A stretch of 64,000 nucleotides of DNA from an uncultured virus (IMG/VR IMGVR_UViG_3300026549_001681) (taxonomy: Duplodnaviria; Heunggongvirae; Uroviricota; Caudoviricetes). Below the pieces are notes generated by a model that was not told where the DNA came from, ran no database searches, and was given only the letters and a program-made list of their open reading frames with translations. The position numbers and the translations under genes were made by a program. The stretch lies in the IMG/VR virus record IMGVR_UViG_3300026549_001681; one strand, given 5' to 3'. Numbering within the stretch: the first letter of the stretch is position 1; each line of letters starts with the position of its first letter. Shown here piece by piece: positions 47,671-57,009 of the stretch.

Positions 47671-49731
47671 ATGCCTAAGCAGACCATACTGCACATCGAT
47701 CTGGAAACCCAGAGCTCTCTTCCGTTGGAGCGAGTCGGTGTATATAAATATGTCGAAGATCCCAATTTCGGGATCCAGTTAATGTCCTACACATATAACG
47801 AAGGCCGGGTACATACCATAGACCTTGCTCACGGTGAAAAGATACCGGGACAGGTTATATGTGACATTATGGACGGTACAAAGATAAAGCTGGCACATAA
47901 TGCCTCCTTTGAACGCATCTGTCTTTCTAAATATCTCGAACAAAAAGGCGTGCTGAAAAAAGGTGAATTCCTTCTGCCTGAGTCATGGTGCTGCACGATG
48001 ATATATGCGAGATATTTCAATCTTCCGGGTTCATTAGATGCACTTTGCAAAGTCCTTGGTCTTCCTGAGTATTACTGGAAGGACAAAAGGGGAGCTGCCC
48101 TGATGCACAAATACTGTCACGCACAATACAAGGACATGAGTCAGATCCCGATCGATGACGACTGGCTTGCGTACAAGAAATACAATAATCAAGACGTTAT
48201 TGCAGAGCAGGCGATCTTCTATGCACTTTTTTCTTCTCTCGCTAAAGCATCCACGATATATTACAAAGACCTCTTCAAAGAGTATGCCGTATCCGAGAGG
48301 ATAAACGACAGAGGGATAAAGATAGACATTCCGTTCGTACAGAAGATGTCAGAACTGGCTTCTGACTTCAAGTCGCAGCGTTTGATTGATCTTCAACTCC
48401 TTTGCGATCTTTACGCGGCAAAGCATAATAAACCGAGGATCACTAACATTAACTCGGTAGAGCAGTTGCAGGCATTACTGGAAGTTCCGTCATTGGACAA
48501 AGACAGGATACCGATGTTCTTCGATCAGCTGCCGAATGACGTAAAACAGATAATCATAACAAGGTCCTGTATCACCCAGGTTGCGACACAGAAATACGAC
48601 CACATGTTAGAGTCTGTTTGTGAAGACGGACGCATCAGAGGCGAGTTCAAGTTCTATGGAGCAAGCACCGGAAGATTTGCAGGCAATAATGTTCAGGTCC
48701 AGAACCTCAAGAAGAATGACTTTGAAGATATAAAGGCAACCAGAGAACTGTATATGTCAGGTCAGGCTCCTGTCTCAACACATTACCTTGACGATATCAG
48801 CAGCCTCGTTAGGACTGCAATAATACCTGAAGGAAACAATATCTTTTCTGACTCGGATTACTCGGCGATAGAAGCCAGAGTCGTAGCATGGCTTGCAGGA
48901 GAAGAGTGGGTATTAGACGCGTTCAGAGAGGGCAGGGACGTTTATAGCGAGACCGCATCCCAGATATATTCCGCCATCCGGAAAACACCTGTCAAAGTTG
49001 AAAAGAACGGTGAGAACGCAGGTTTAAGAGAGATTGGAAAGACAGCAACATTATCCTGTTGTTACGGAGGCGGCACGTCTGCGTTCAACAACATGGGCGG
49101 AGATAAGTTGGGCCTTACGCAGGACCAAATGAAGAGCATTGTATATTCATGGCGAAAAGCTAACCCTCACATCAAGAGCCTCTGGTACACGATAGACAAT
49201 GTCGTTAAGTACCTTATCAGATACGGACAGGAAGGCGTTATGTCCAAGGACCAGGATCCGGGACTTCCCGATGACTTGAAGATAGTATATAGAAGATCAC
49301 CTTTCATCAAAGGCGAATATCAACTGGAGATCATACTGCCTGTTACTCACCGTGTCCTTATCTACCCGGACATCAGACTGACGACGGAAAAAGATCAGCA
49401 GGGAAAGACTTACGAGTGTCTGTCTTATATGGCTGCAAAGGGCAGAAACATAGACGGTACCACGACAGAATACAGGACGAAGATCTATGGCGGAAAGTTC
49501 GTGGAAAACATCACACAGGGAATAGCACGGGACATTCTTGTATCTGCCCTTTCAATGTTACAGAATTCCGGCTACCCGGTCGTAATGCACGTTCATGACG
49601 AAGTCCTTGCCGAGTATCCGAAAGATTGCGTAGCCTCCATATCGAGCATCCTGGCATCGGCTGCAATGCCGTACGAAGGATTGCCTCTTAAAGCAGAGGG
49701 CTACACTTGTGATTTCTTCATGAAGGCTTAG
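47671..49731 (+). CDS. Phage-type family A DNA polymerase with 3'-5' exonuclease
   Basis: IDLET, AHNASFE, TGRFAG..VQVQNL, DYSAIEARV, R..GK...L...YG, ENITQ, HVHDE. Confidence 0.95.
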   Translation: MPKQTILHIDLETQSSLPLERVGVYKYVEDPNFGIQLMSYTYNEGRVHTIDLAHGEKIPGQVICDIMDGTKIKLAHNASFERICLSKYLEQKGVLKKGEFLLPESWCCTMIYARYFNLPGSLDALCKVLGLPEYYWKDKRGAALMHKYCHAQYKDMSQIPIDDDWLAYKKYNNQDVIAEQAIFYALFSSLAKASTIYYKDLFKEYAVSERINDRGIKIDIPFVQKMSELASDFKSQRLIDLQLLCDLYAAKHNKPRITNINSVEQLQALLEVPSLDKDRIPMFFDQLPNDVKQIIITRSCITQVATQKYDHMLESVCEDGRIRGEFKFYGASTGRFAGNNVQVQNLKKNDFEDIKATRELYMSGQAPVSTHYLDDISSLVRTAIIPEGNNIFSDSDYSAIEARVVAWLAGEEWVLDAFREGRDVYSETASQIYSAIRKTPVKVEKNGENAGLREIGKTATLSCCYGGGTSAFNNMGGDKLGLTQDQMKSIVYSWRKANPHIKSLWYTIDNVVKYLIRYGQEGVMSKDQDPGLPDDLKIVYRRSPFIKGEYQLEIILPVTHRVLIYPDIRLTTEKDQQGKTYECLSYMAAKGRNIDGTTTEYRTKIYGGKFVENITQGIARDILVSALSMLQNSGYPVVMHVHDEVLAEYPKDCVASISSILASAAMPYEGLPLKAEGYTCDFFMKA

Positions 49732-49733
49732 AC

Positions 49734-50093
49734 TTACTTATCCCCCTGTCTCTGAAGAAGAAAGGTCACAAAATCTTCTGCCAGAGCTTTATTAGCTCTG
49801 GAGAGTTTCCTGTAAGACTTTATGAGTTCGTATTCGGCAGCGACAACCTCTATCTTACCGCCTTTATTTGCCGGGACCATTATGTCCGAGTCACCTATGA
49901 GCCAGTTAGGAGATACTCCAAAAAGTGCGGCGAGCTTTTCCAGAGACTCACGCTGAGGAATGTAAAGACCGTTCTTATAACGGGATATCATTGCCTTGGA
50001 TATACCTGTCCGCCGTGATACATCGGCGGCAGTCAGATCGGAGGCTTCCATCGACTCGTTAAAGCGTTCCGAGAAGACTTCATAATTATTCAT
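49734..50093 (-). CDS. XRE-family repressor
   Basis: DVSRRTGISKAMISRYKNG..IP...LA.LFGVSP.WL. Confidence 0.9.
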   Translation of the reverse strand: MNNYEVFSERFNESMEASDLTAADVSRRTGISKAMISRYKNGLYIPQRESLEKLAALFGVSPNWLIGDSDIMVPANKGGKIEVVAAEYELIKSYRKLSRANKALAEDFVTFLLQRQGDK

Positions 50094-50136
50094 TTCCGCA
50101 CTCCTTTCCCGTGTGAACACACGAGTATTAGATGAA

Positions 50137-50727
50137 TTATCTCTGTCTGTTTTTAAGAAGAGATATTATTTCTTTTACGAGTGTCTTATTTGAATAAGAC
50201 AACTTTCTGTATTCTTCAAGAAGTTCTATCTCGGAAGGTGCTGCCTCTACGGTAAGCGGCACGGTATCTGGATTGACTCTTTCGTCACTATCACCCGTGA
50301 GATATGCAGGGGAGACCGAGAGCACGCTGGCAAGTTTTTCGAGGTTCCTTCTTCTGGGTACATACTCGCCGCTCCTATAACGGGAGATCATAGTCTCCGA
50401 GATGTTGGTCTTCTCAGCGATCTCGACCGGGAGAAGTCCGCTGTCCTTTACCGCCTTGGAAAACCTCTCGGCAAATATACCGCGGTCTTCGATGACACCG
50501 GGCTTTTCTTCGGATCCGTTGCTGTCACCCGTAAGGTAAGCAGGAGAGACTGACAGGGCAGAAGATATCAGGAGGAGCTTGTCCCGTCTCGGTATCACTT
50601 CTCCGTTCCTGTAACGCGAGATAAGACTTACGGATATCCCGGTCTTCTTCGACAATTCCGTCAAGGTCATGTTGCCGGCCTTTATGGCAGCTTCAAACCT
50701 TTCTGCAAACACGCTTTCCTTTCCCAT
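50137..50727 (-). CDS. Tandem double-XRE repressor
   Basis: Two copies of FAERF...T.IS...ISRYR.G..P...LSVSPAYLTGDS. Confidence 0.9.
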   Translation of the reverse strand: MGKESVFAERFEAAIKAGNMTLTELSKKTGISVSLISRYRNGEVIPRRDKLLLISSALSVSPAYLTGDSNGSEEKPGVIEDRGIFAERFSKAVKDSGLLPVEIAEKTNISETMISRYRSGEYVPRRRNLEKLASVLSVSPAYLTGDSDERVNPDTVPLTVEAAPSEIELLEEYRKLSYSNKTLVKEIISLLKNRQR

Positions 50728-51002
50728 TTCTATATCCTCCAACCCTTGCACAAAAAGCAACTTCTTGCAAAGCATTATACCAAGCGGGCCTTTTTATTCA
50801 AACGGGAAAAATGTATGCAAAAAATTGCGTTTTTCACTTGCGTAAGTATTGCAAAACGCAAGATGAAAGTGTAAACTATACTTGAAGCAGGGCAAACGGC
50901 CCTTGTTTCGTTGAGAAAAACAAGCGTTGCGTTTAGCAAAATTTGAATTAACCAAGTTACCTCGAAGACAAATACTTGAGATTGACCAAAGGGTTGAGTT
51001 AA

Positions 51003-51893
51003 GTGAAGACTGAGATTAACAATTATAAGTCTATTGTCGGAGAGGGTTGCGAGACAGTCGCAGCCCCTTCTTCTTTTGTGCAGACTTCTTCGATCGTACA
51101 GAGAGAACACGCACTGGTGTCCCCCTCGTCTTTGAAGAGGATCGTATCCTGCACGAGATCCCTCAAGGTCAATGAGGACTACTTGCTTGAGCACGGTGAA
51201 ACAAGCTCTCCTGCCGCCATCGAAGGCACAAAGGCTCACGCTGTTGCAGAAAATCTCGTAAACGAACATTTCAATATTCCGCTCCAAAACGATTCAGTGG
51301 CAGAAGCAGCTGATGCCGACTTTGCCATGAAAGTCTGCGGAAAAGCATACAAAGACTTTGTAGTAAGAGTATTCCAGGGAAACGATTGTACCAAGCTCTG
51401 CACCGAGACAAAGGTTGACATGACAAGTCTTATTTCAGAGTGCTGGGGAACTTGCGACTGCTTCATGGTCTCAGAGAGTTCTCTCATCGTTGTTGATTAC
51501 AAATACGGACACGCACTCGTAAGAGCGCAAGGCAACGCCCAGCTCAAAGCATACTCTCTCGGTGCATATCTCTCGCTCCCGGACAATGAAAGAAAGACTA
51601 TCCGAAAGGTTCAGTTCTATATCTTCCAGCCGAGAGCAACCACGGATTATGTAAACGGATTCCCGAGAAAGCTCGACACCGTGGGAGCGATCTCGCACGA
51701 CGAAATGCAGATCGAAGATCTTATCGCCTGGGCAAAAGAAACCAATGTAAAAGTTGAACAGGCTATCAGGAACGAAGGTCAATTCACAGCAGGCGAACAT
51801 TGTGCTTTCTGTGCCGGGAAAGGAACTTGTCCCGCGACACGCATCAGAGAACAGGAAGAAACGACTCTCACGCTCGCTGATTTACTCAGGTAA
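51003..51893 (+). CDS. DUF2800-type (Cas4-like PD-(D/E)XK) nuclease
   Basis: HALVSPSS, EGT.AH, WGTCD, DYKYG, N.QL..Y.LG, FQPR, G.HC.FC. Confidence 0.88.
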   Translation: MKTEINNYKSIVGEGCETVAAPSSFVQTSSIVQREHALVSPSSLKRIVSCTRSLKVNEDYLLEHGETSSPAAIEGTKAHAVAENLVNEHFNIPLQNDSVAEAADADFAMKVCGKAYKDFVVRVFQGNDCTKLCTETKVDMTSLISECWGTCDCFMVSESSLIVVDYKYGHALVRAQGNAQLKAYSLGAYLSLPDNERKTIRKVQFYIFQPRATTDYVNGFPRKLDTVGAISHDEMQIEDLIAWAKETNVKVEQAIRNEGQFTAGEHCAFCAGKGTCPATRIREQEETTLTLADLLR

Positions 51894-51957
51894 CAACGGT
51901 TACGACCGTAAGGCAATAGATTTATAAAGTTAATTTAGCCATAAGGAGGAAATAAAT

Positions 51958-52827
51958 ATGGCACTTACACAGGCAGAACTCAACACAAGACTTAAAGAAA
52001 CATGGACATGGGCACAGACGCAGCTCTCAGACCAGCAGAAGACAAATATCCTGAACACGCTCAAGGGAAGAAATGGAAAGATCCTTCCTTTCGATAAGAT
52101 GGCAGGCTTCGAGATCAAGGGCCCTGTTTACGACTGCACCATTTCACATCCGCCCAAGATGACCGGTTCCGACGGAAGAACATTCTATCCCCAGGATCTT
52201 AAGATGGCCGTGTCTCAGGAGAGCTATGTCAATGTAGCACTTCTTATTTACACAACAGTTAAGTCTTGGGAAATCACCCAGAACAGACTCTCTAACCCCG
52301 ACAACCTCATCGAGATCTTCGGAAATAAACTCCCCGTAAGCGTTAAGCCGAGAGTTGACAGGGAAGGAAACCCCGCAGAAGGTGTTTGGGTTAATATGAG
52401 CTGCTCAGTAACAACCAACGCGGTCGGAGACCTTGCTTTCCAGAACATCCAGTTTGCAAGCACAGTCGAAGGCAAGACGATCAATGTCAATAACGCAGAC
52501 GAACTTCTCAAGCCTACCGACACTCAGCGTTCTTACGTAAGCATCAAGCCTTCTGTCTACTTCACGGGCAAGGGAACGGCTGCAACAAGATGTTCTGCGC
52601 TTACGCTCATTCCTGCACCGCAGAGAGAAGAGTCCTTGAGTGTTGATGACCTTCTCGGAATGGGTAGTGCTCCTATGGTTGCTTCATCTCAGCCTCAGCC
52701 CGTTGCACAGCCCGTTGCACAGCCTGCTCCTCAGCCGACTGCGGCATCCCAGGCTCCGACGGCACCGGCACCTCTTGAACCGGCTCCGGCAACAACAGAT
52801 GACATTCTCGGCATGATCCAGATTTAA
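51958..52827 (+). CDS. hypothetical protein, possible ssDNA-binding protein
   Basis: Sits after DUF2800 where phage SSB (DUF2815) usually lies; P/Q/A-rich tail; strong RBS and terminator. Function inferred only. Confidence 0.45.
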   Translation: MALTQAELNTRLKETWTWAQTQLSDQQKTNILNTLKGRNGKILPFDKMAGFEIKGPVYDCTISHPPKMTGSDGRTFYPQDLKMAVSQESYVNVALLIYTTVKSWEITQNRLSNPDNLIEIFGNKLPVSVKPRVDREGNPAEGVWVNMSCSVTTNAVGDLAFQNIQFASTVEGKTINVNNADELLKPTDTQRSYVSIKPSVYFTGKGTAATRCSALTLIPAPQREESLSVDDLLGMGSAPMVASSQPQPVAQPVAQPAPQPTAASQAPTAPAPLEPAPATTDDILGMIQI

Positions 52828-52850
52828 CCTTTGGGACATTCAATAACATT

Positions 52851-52877
52851 GGCAGGCGGGGCAACTCGCCTGCTTTC
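52851..52877 (+). terminator. Intrinsic terminator
   Basis: GCAGGCGGG-GCAA-CTCGCCTGC followed by TTT. Confidence 0.6.
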
Positions 52878-52895
52878 ATAAAAGGAGATAAGACT

Positions 52896-53411
52896 ATGGA
52901 AATAACGATAAACGGAAAACCGACAGATCTGGAAATACAAGAAATTACATTACTTTCCGTAGAGGAAGCTGAAGCTCTTCTAACCTCCGACAGAAGTTCT
53001 CTGCGCTGGATGACACCGGACGACTTAAAGCGCTGGTGCTGGCTTAGAACATCCGGCGATACTCCAACCGACGAGACATATTATGCTGCTGTTTTAGACC
53101 ACGGCAATAATGTTCGCCTTAACGGTTGCGATGTAGGAGAGGATTGCGGAGTGCGTCCTGCCATGCGTGTCTCGACACAGCTGACAAAAGGCGATGTGTT
53201 TGAAGCAGGCGGAGAGAGTTGGACTATGTTAAATAACGAACTCGCCTATTGCGACCGGATAGTAGCCCAAAGTCGTTACCGCAGGGACTCAGGAGCTTCA
53301 GACGCTAACGATTACGAAAAGTCAGACATTAAGAAGTGGCTTGAGAACTGGGCATTAAAGAAGGGCATTTACACAACAGCTCAGATGGAACAGATGCAGG
53401 GAAGAGCTTAG
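52896..53411 (+). CDS. DUF6273-like protein
   Basis: LLSVEEA...WLRT.G...GVRPA. Confidence 0.65.
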   Translation: MEITINGKPTDLEIQEITLLSVEEAEALLTSDRSSLRWMTPDDLKRWCWLRTSGDTPTDETYYAAVLDHGNNVRLNGCDVGEDCGVRPAMRVSTQLTKGDVFEAGGESWTMLNNELAYCDRIVAQSRYRRDSGASDANDYEKSDIKKWLENWALKKGIYTTAQMEQMQGRA

Positions 53412-53413
53412 TT

Positions 53414-53683
53414 ATGAGCAAAGAGATATATGTTAATCCGAAAAGCGGTTACAACAATGACGACATCCAGAAGATGCTCGAAACACTGAGGGAACCCGAA
53501 TATAAGGAAGCCTTTCTGCAAAATCTGACTTGCAGCCTGAGAGACAAGCGGGCGATCCTTGATTGTATCGATGACGGATACTACGAACGCTTCGACCGTT
53601 ATGACTCAGATGTCTGCGAGACTTTTATAGCGACTTACGAGGAATGGCTTGGAAAGATGCAGATGCCAGGAAGAGGAGGCTGA
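53414..53683 (+). CDS. hypothetical protein
   Basis: Operonic ORF. Confidence 0.6.
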   Translation: MSKEIYVNPKSGYNNDDIQKMLETLREPEYKEAFLQNLTCSLRDKRAILDCIDDGYYERFDRYDSDVCETFIATYEEWLGKMQMPGRGG

Positions 53684-53686
53684 TAT

Positions 53687-54406
53687 ATGAAACTTAGCAA
53701 TGATTACACAAAGACATCAGAGTTTATTGAGGCAGAGAACGAAAAATGTAAAAAAGATGTCTCGGAAATACAAGCTCTGATAAAAGAACAGTTTAGTAAT
53801 TGCTCTGTCACCGTCTGGCACTGTTGCACGCCGCAAGGCAAAGGATACTACACGGTAAAAGATGCAGAAAAGACACGCTTCGCTCGTTCTGTCCGAGGCA
53901 TCGAACCTGTTGGTGCAGTTTGGAGCTCAAGGGCATGGCTGAGAATATTTGAAGCACAGAAATCCTTAAACAAATATCTCAGACAGGTCAGGCAACTTCT
54001 TGAAGAGCAGGCCAATGTCACAATGGAGATAAGACAGTTATATCTTCCGTGGGTTCTTGATACTAAGGGCTTTGAGAGGACGGTTAACTCGGAAATGTTC
54101 TTGGAAGAAGGCGAGATAGCAATAAAGATCAAAGCAGCCTATGACACATTGCAAGAATACAAAAACGAGTATTCAGATGACATTGCCGAATACGAGTCTT
54201 CTAACGGTGTGTTTTCGTACTATAACAAGGAAGGCGGTATCTATTATGCAGCTCAGGATCATATCGACTCTGCGGTAAGCAAGATATACAAAGACAGAAA
54301 GTCTTTGGAAGATGCCGGGCTGTGGGAAAGTGTACGTAAGATGATAGACGAGTTAAATGACATGGTCTTGATGAGAGCTCGTTACGAGGATTGGCCAAGC
54401 CTGTAA
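53687..54406 (+). CDS. hypothetical protein
   Basis: GGAGG RBS. Confidence 0.65.
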   Translation: MKLSNDYTKTSEFIEAENEKCKKDVSEIQALIKEQFSNCSVTVWHCCTPQGKGYYTVKDAEKTRFARSVRGIEPVGAVWSSRAWLRIFEAQKSLNKYLRQVRQLLEEQANVTMEIRQLYLPWVLDTKGFERTVNSEMFLEEGEIAIKIKAAYDTLQEYKNEYSDDIAEYESSNGVFSYYNKEGGIYYAAQDHIDSAVSKIYKDRKSLEDAGLWESVRKMIDELNDMVLMRARYEDWPSL

Positions 54407-54431
54407 ATAACCATAAGGGGATCTTTGACAC

Positions 54432-54965
54432 ATGAAACTCCGCAATGATATAAGACAGAGAATGGAACCGCACTTCAAGCCTGGTGATACCGAGTATGAC
54501 AAGATCGTCAAGGCAGCGACAGTCCTTAATACCCAAGTCAGTGAAGTGATAGACTTTTCCGAAAGAAACTGGGAAGAAGACAAGTTCAGATTTAACGACG
54601 AGAAGGAAGTCTTGGAAGAAATATACATCAACTATCTTCCGGATGAAGAAGATAAGCCCTCTGCCGTAGTCATGAAGTTCGAGTATCCGTACCTGGACAT
54701 AGCAACAGCCATGTCTCTTTATTCCGACAGGGATCCGTACGACATGGCAGACGAAGTATGGACCTATGTTACAGAGAGAGCAGACTTTCCTAAAAGCGCT
54801 GCGATAAACGAACCCGAGTTCGGAACAGCAGAGGAGCTCTTTGCGGAGTTCAAAGCCGACTTTTCCAACATTTCCTCGGATGGTCCCGGTTTTTGCAAAG
54901 ACCACATCAAGAAATTAACAACGCATTTGACAGAGCTCGGATATTTCCCGGGCAGAAGTGTATAA
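54432..54965 (+). CDS. hypothetical protein
   Basis: 177-aa ORF. Confidence 0.65.
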   Translation: MKLRNDIRQRMEPHFKPGDTEYDKIVKAATVLNTQVSEVIDFSERNWEEDKFRFNDEKEVLEEIYINYLPDEEDKPSAVVMKFEYPYLDIATAMSLYSDRDPYDMADEVWTYVTERADFPKSAAINEPEFGTAEELFAEFKADFSNISSDGPGFCKDHIKKLTTHLTELGYFPGRSV

Positions 54966-54986
54966 GGCCTAAAGCCCTTGATATTC

Positions 54987-55019
54987 TTGACTTTGATACA
55001 ATATCGTTGTATAATGACA
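54987..55019 (+). promoter_or_regulatory. sigma-A promoter with 18-bp operator variant
   Basis: TTGACT-17-TATAAT; TATCGTTGTATAATGACA. Confidence 0.7.
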
Positions 55020-55047
55020 TTGTAAGAAAAATAAGGAGAATAAGGCT

Positions 55048-55995
55048 TTGATCGAGATGTACCCGGGCAGCAGTGAATACCTTTTCGAAGGATACAACGG
55101 TATCGGCGAACAGGACTACGAAGAGCAGGCTCGTGCAGGCTTTGGCGAGTTTGGTTATCTTGAGCAGGGATACTATGACCTGGGTGATGACGAAGAACTG
55201 TCTGAACAGGACATCTACGACGGCGAAGAAAGACTGCTCCTTGATTTCTATGGTGATTACTATGCTTCAGGCGAGTATCTCAGAGACGGGCTTTCGAGAG
55301 AAGACCTCGTCGCTGATGCGATCGAATACTTCGACTATAACGGCTGCGACCTTTCCGATTACTTCGGAGAAGACTACGGATATAATTATGGCTATGGATA
55401 CTACGGCGGATATTCTTACTATGACAGTGAGGAATATCAGAAACAGTTAGAGGAACTCGACAGCGTGGGTAAGAAAAAGCCTGAACATTCCATCAACAAT
55501 CCCGTTGACATCAAGAGCCAGAAAGGCCCTAAATGCTCTGCTTATTCTTCGTCCTGTCTCCTGCGTTACTATGGACAGGAATCCGATCCGTCCGAGCTCT
55601 ATGATAAGTTTTTCAAACTTCCCGACGGCTCTGCCGTTCCGTCCTCGGTCGGTAAGGTCATCGGAGCAAGACTTCACAAGAACGGCAAGCTCAGCGACAT
55701 CAAGGCAATGATTGACGAAGGCAAGCCCGTACTGGTACTCATCTACTATGATGAAGAGCCCGGCTGGGACAATCTTCACTATGTGCTTGTAACAGGCTAT
55801 GATGACGAGAATATCTATATCGCGGACTCGCTGCACCGTTCAGGCAAGAGATACTACAACAGAGCAGTAAAGACCAAGCTCTTCAAGAAGATGTGGAATA
55901 CTTCCAAGAGCCTTCCCGTTAAGCTCGTTTACGGCAAGAACCTTTACTTCGAATATAACCTTTCAGACAAAGGAGAAAGGCCGAAACACATCTGA
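55048..55995 (+). CDS. Peptidase C39-like protein with acidic Tyr/Gly-rich N-terminus
   Basis: Q....CSAYS, GKPVLV, HYVLVTGYD...IYIADS. Confidence 0.8.
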   Translation: MIEMYPGSSEYLFEGYNGIGEQDYEEQARAGFGEFGYLEQGYYDLGDDEELSEQDIYDGEERLLLDFYGDYYASGEYLRDGLSREDLVADAIEYFDYNGCDLSDYFGEDYGYNYGYGYYGGYSYYDSEEYQKQLEELDSVGKKKPEHSINNPVDIKSQKGPKCSAYSSSCLLRYYGQESDPSELYDKFFKLPDGSAVPSSVGKVIGARLHKNGKLSDIKAMIDEGKPVLVLIYYDEEPGWDNLHYVLVTGYDDENIYIADSLHRSGKRYYNRAVKTKLFKKMWNTSKSLPVKLVYGKNLYFEYNLSDKGERPKHI

Positions 55996-56135
55996 GTCTT
56001 ATCTTGACTAAGCAAAACAACACCCGCTTTGGCTCAATGAACCTCAAAGAAAGAGCCGGGGCGGGTGTTGTCTGTCAAATACATATATGGGTATCTTCTA
56101 CCCAAGGTCATTATAACCTTGCGTTTATTTCACGG

Positions 56136-56516
56136 TCAAACCCTTCCGTTGAATCTGTCTGCGAAGATGTCCGCGAACTCACCGAAGAAGTCCCTGTACG
56201 CATCGATCGTGCCGAGTTTCATATCACGCCCGGGATCATCTTTTGCGATCCGGGCCTTCTCAGCTTCCCAGTCTTTGCCAATGAAAGCGAGAATGTAAAA
56301 CTCAACCTGATCTATCGTACCCCGGTGAAAATATTCTTCGAACGAATGAAGGATCTTCGTGTAAGTCGGCACATAACTTGCTTGGTAGAAGAAACCCTTG
56401 TTACCGCTTTTCTTTTCCCAGTCTTCCCTCTGCGCATCGTAACACCACTCGTTGATATCGTAGAGTCGGAATTCGATCTTTTCTCCGAGCTCCCTTCTTC
56501 TTGTTGATTCATCCAT
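56136..56516 (-). CDS. hypothetical protein
   Basis: AGGAGG RBS. Confidence 0.6.
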   Translation of the reverse strand: MDESTRRRELGEKIEFRLYDINEWCYDAQREDWEKKSGNKGFFYQASYVPTYTKILHSFEEYFHRGTIDQVEFYILAFIGKDWEAEKARIAKDDPGRDMKLGTIDAYRDFFGEFADIFADRFNGRV

Positions 56517-57009
56517 AAGCATTTCCTCCTTGTTTTTGGATTTCTATTTATATGATGCCGAGCAAGACTCAAAATCGGACTGATTTATCGAACAATGTAT
56601 GGGAGTTGTGTTACAAAATACAAAGTATGTCAAACAATTCTTTTTCCCAGACGTGAACAGGAAAACGGTGTATCGCGCCGTGGATACACGCTTAAACTGC
56701 AAAAATAAGCCCGTACCGTGCCCAAGCAAAAGGAGCGATACGGGTTTATCTCATTGTTCCTGTCGGTGAATACCGTGTTATATTCGCTGACATTTCGATT
56801 ATACGACGACCAAAATAGCAAGGTCAATGAATTTGGGATGTTACATACAGAGTTAGCAAAAAACGGAGTAATAGGAGTAGTAGCAAACTTTGCGGGAATG
56901 TGGTAATGGACAAAGAAATTATCTGTGAAATAATGCTTGAATTATATTGAAGATTCAATACTAAAGGAATAATATTATTCTGTAAATCATTTGTATGAGA
57001 GGTGTTCAC

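Noticed and set aside
51003..51893. Cas4 of a CRISPR system
   Set aside because: Motifs and context (PolA, SSB-like gene) fit phage DUF2800; no cas1/cas2 or array
31135..52827. Intact integrated prophage
   Set aside because: No integrase, terminase, capsid, tail or lysis genes seen; replication genes are dispersed among plasmid-type genes
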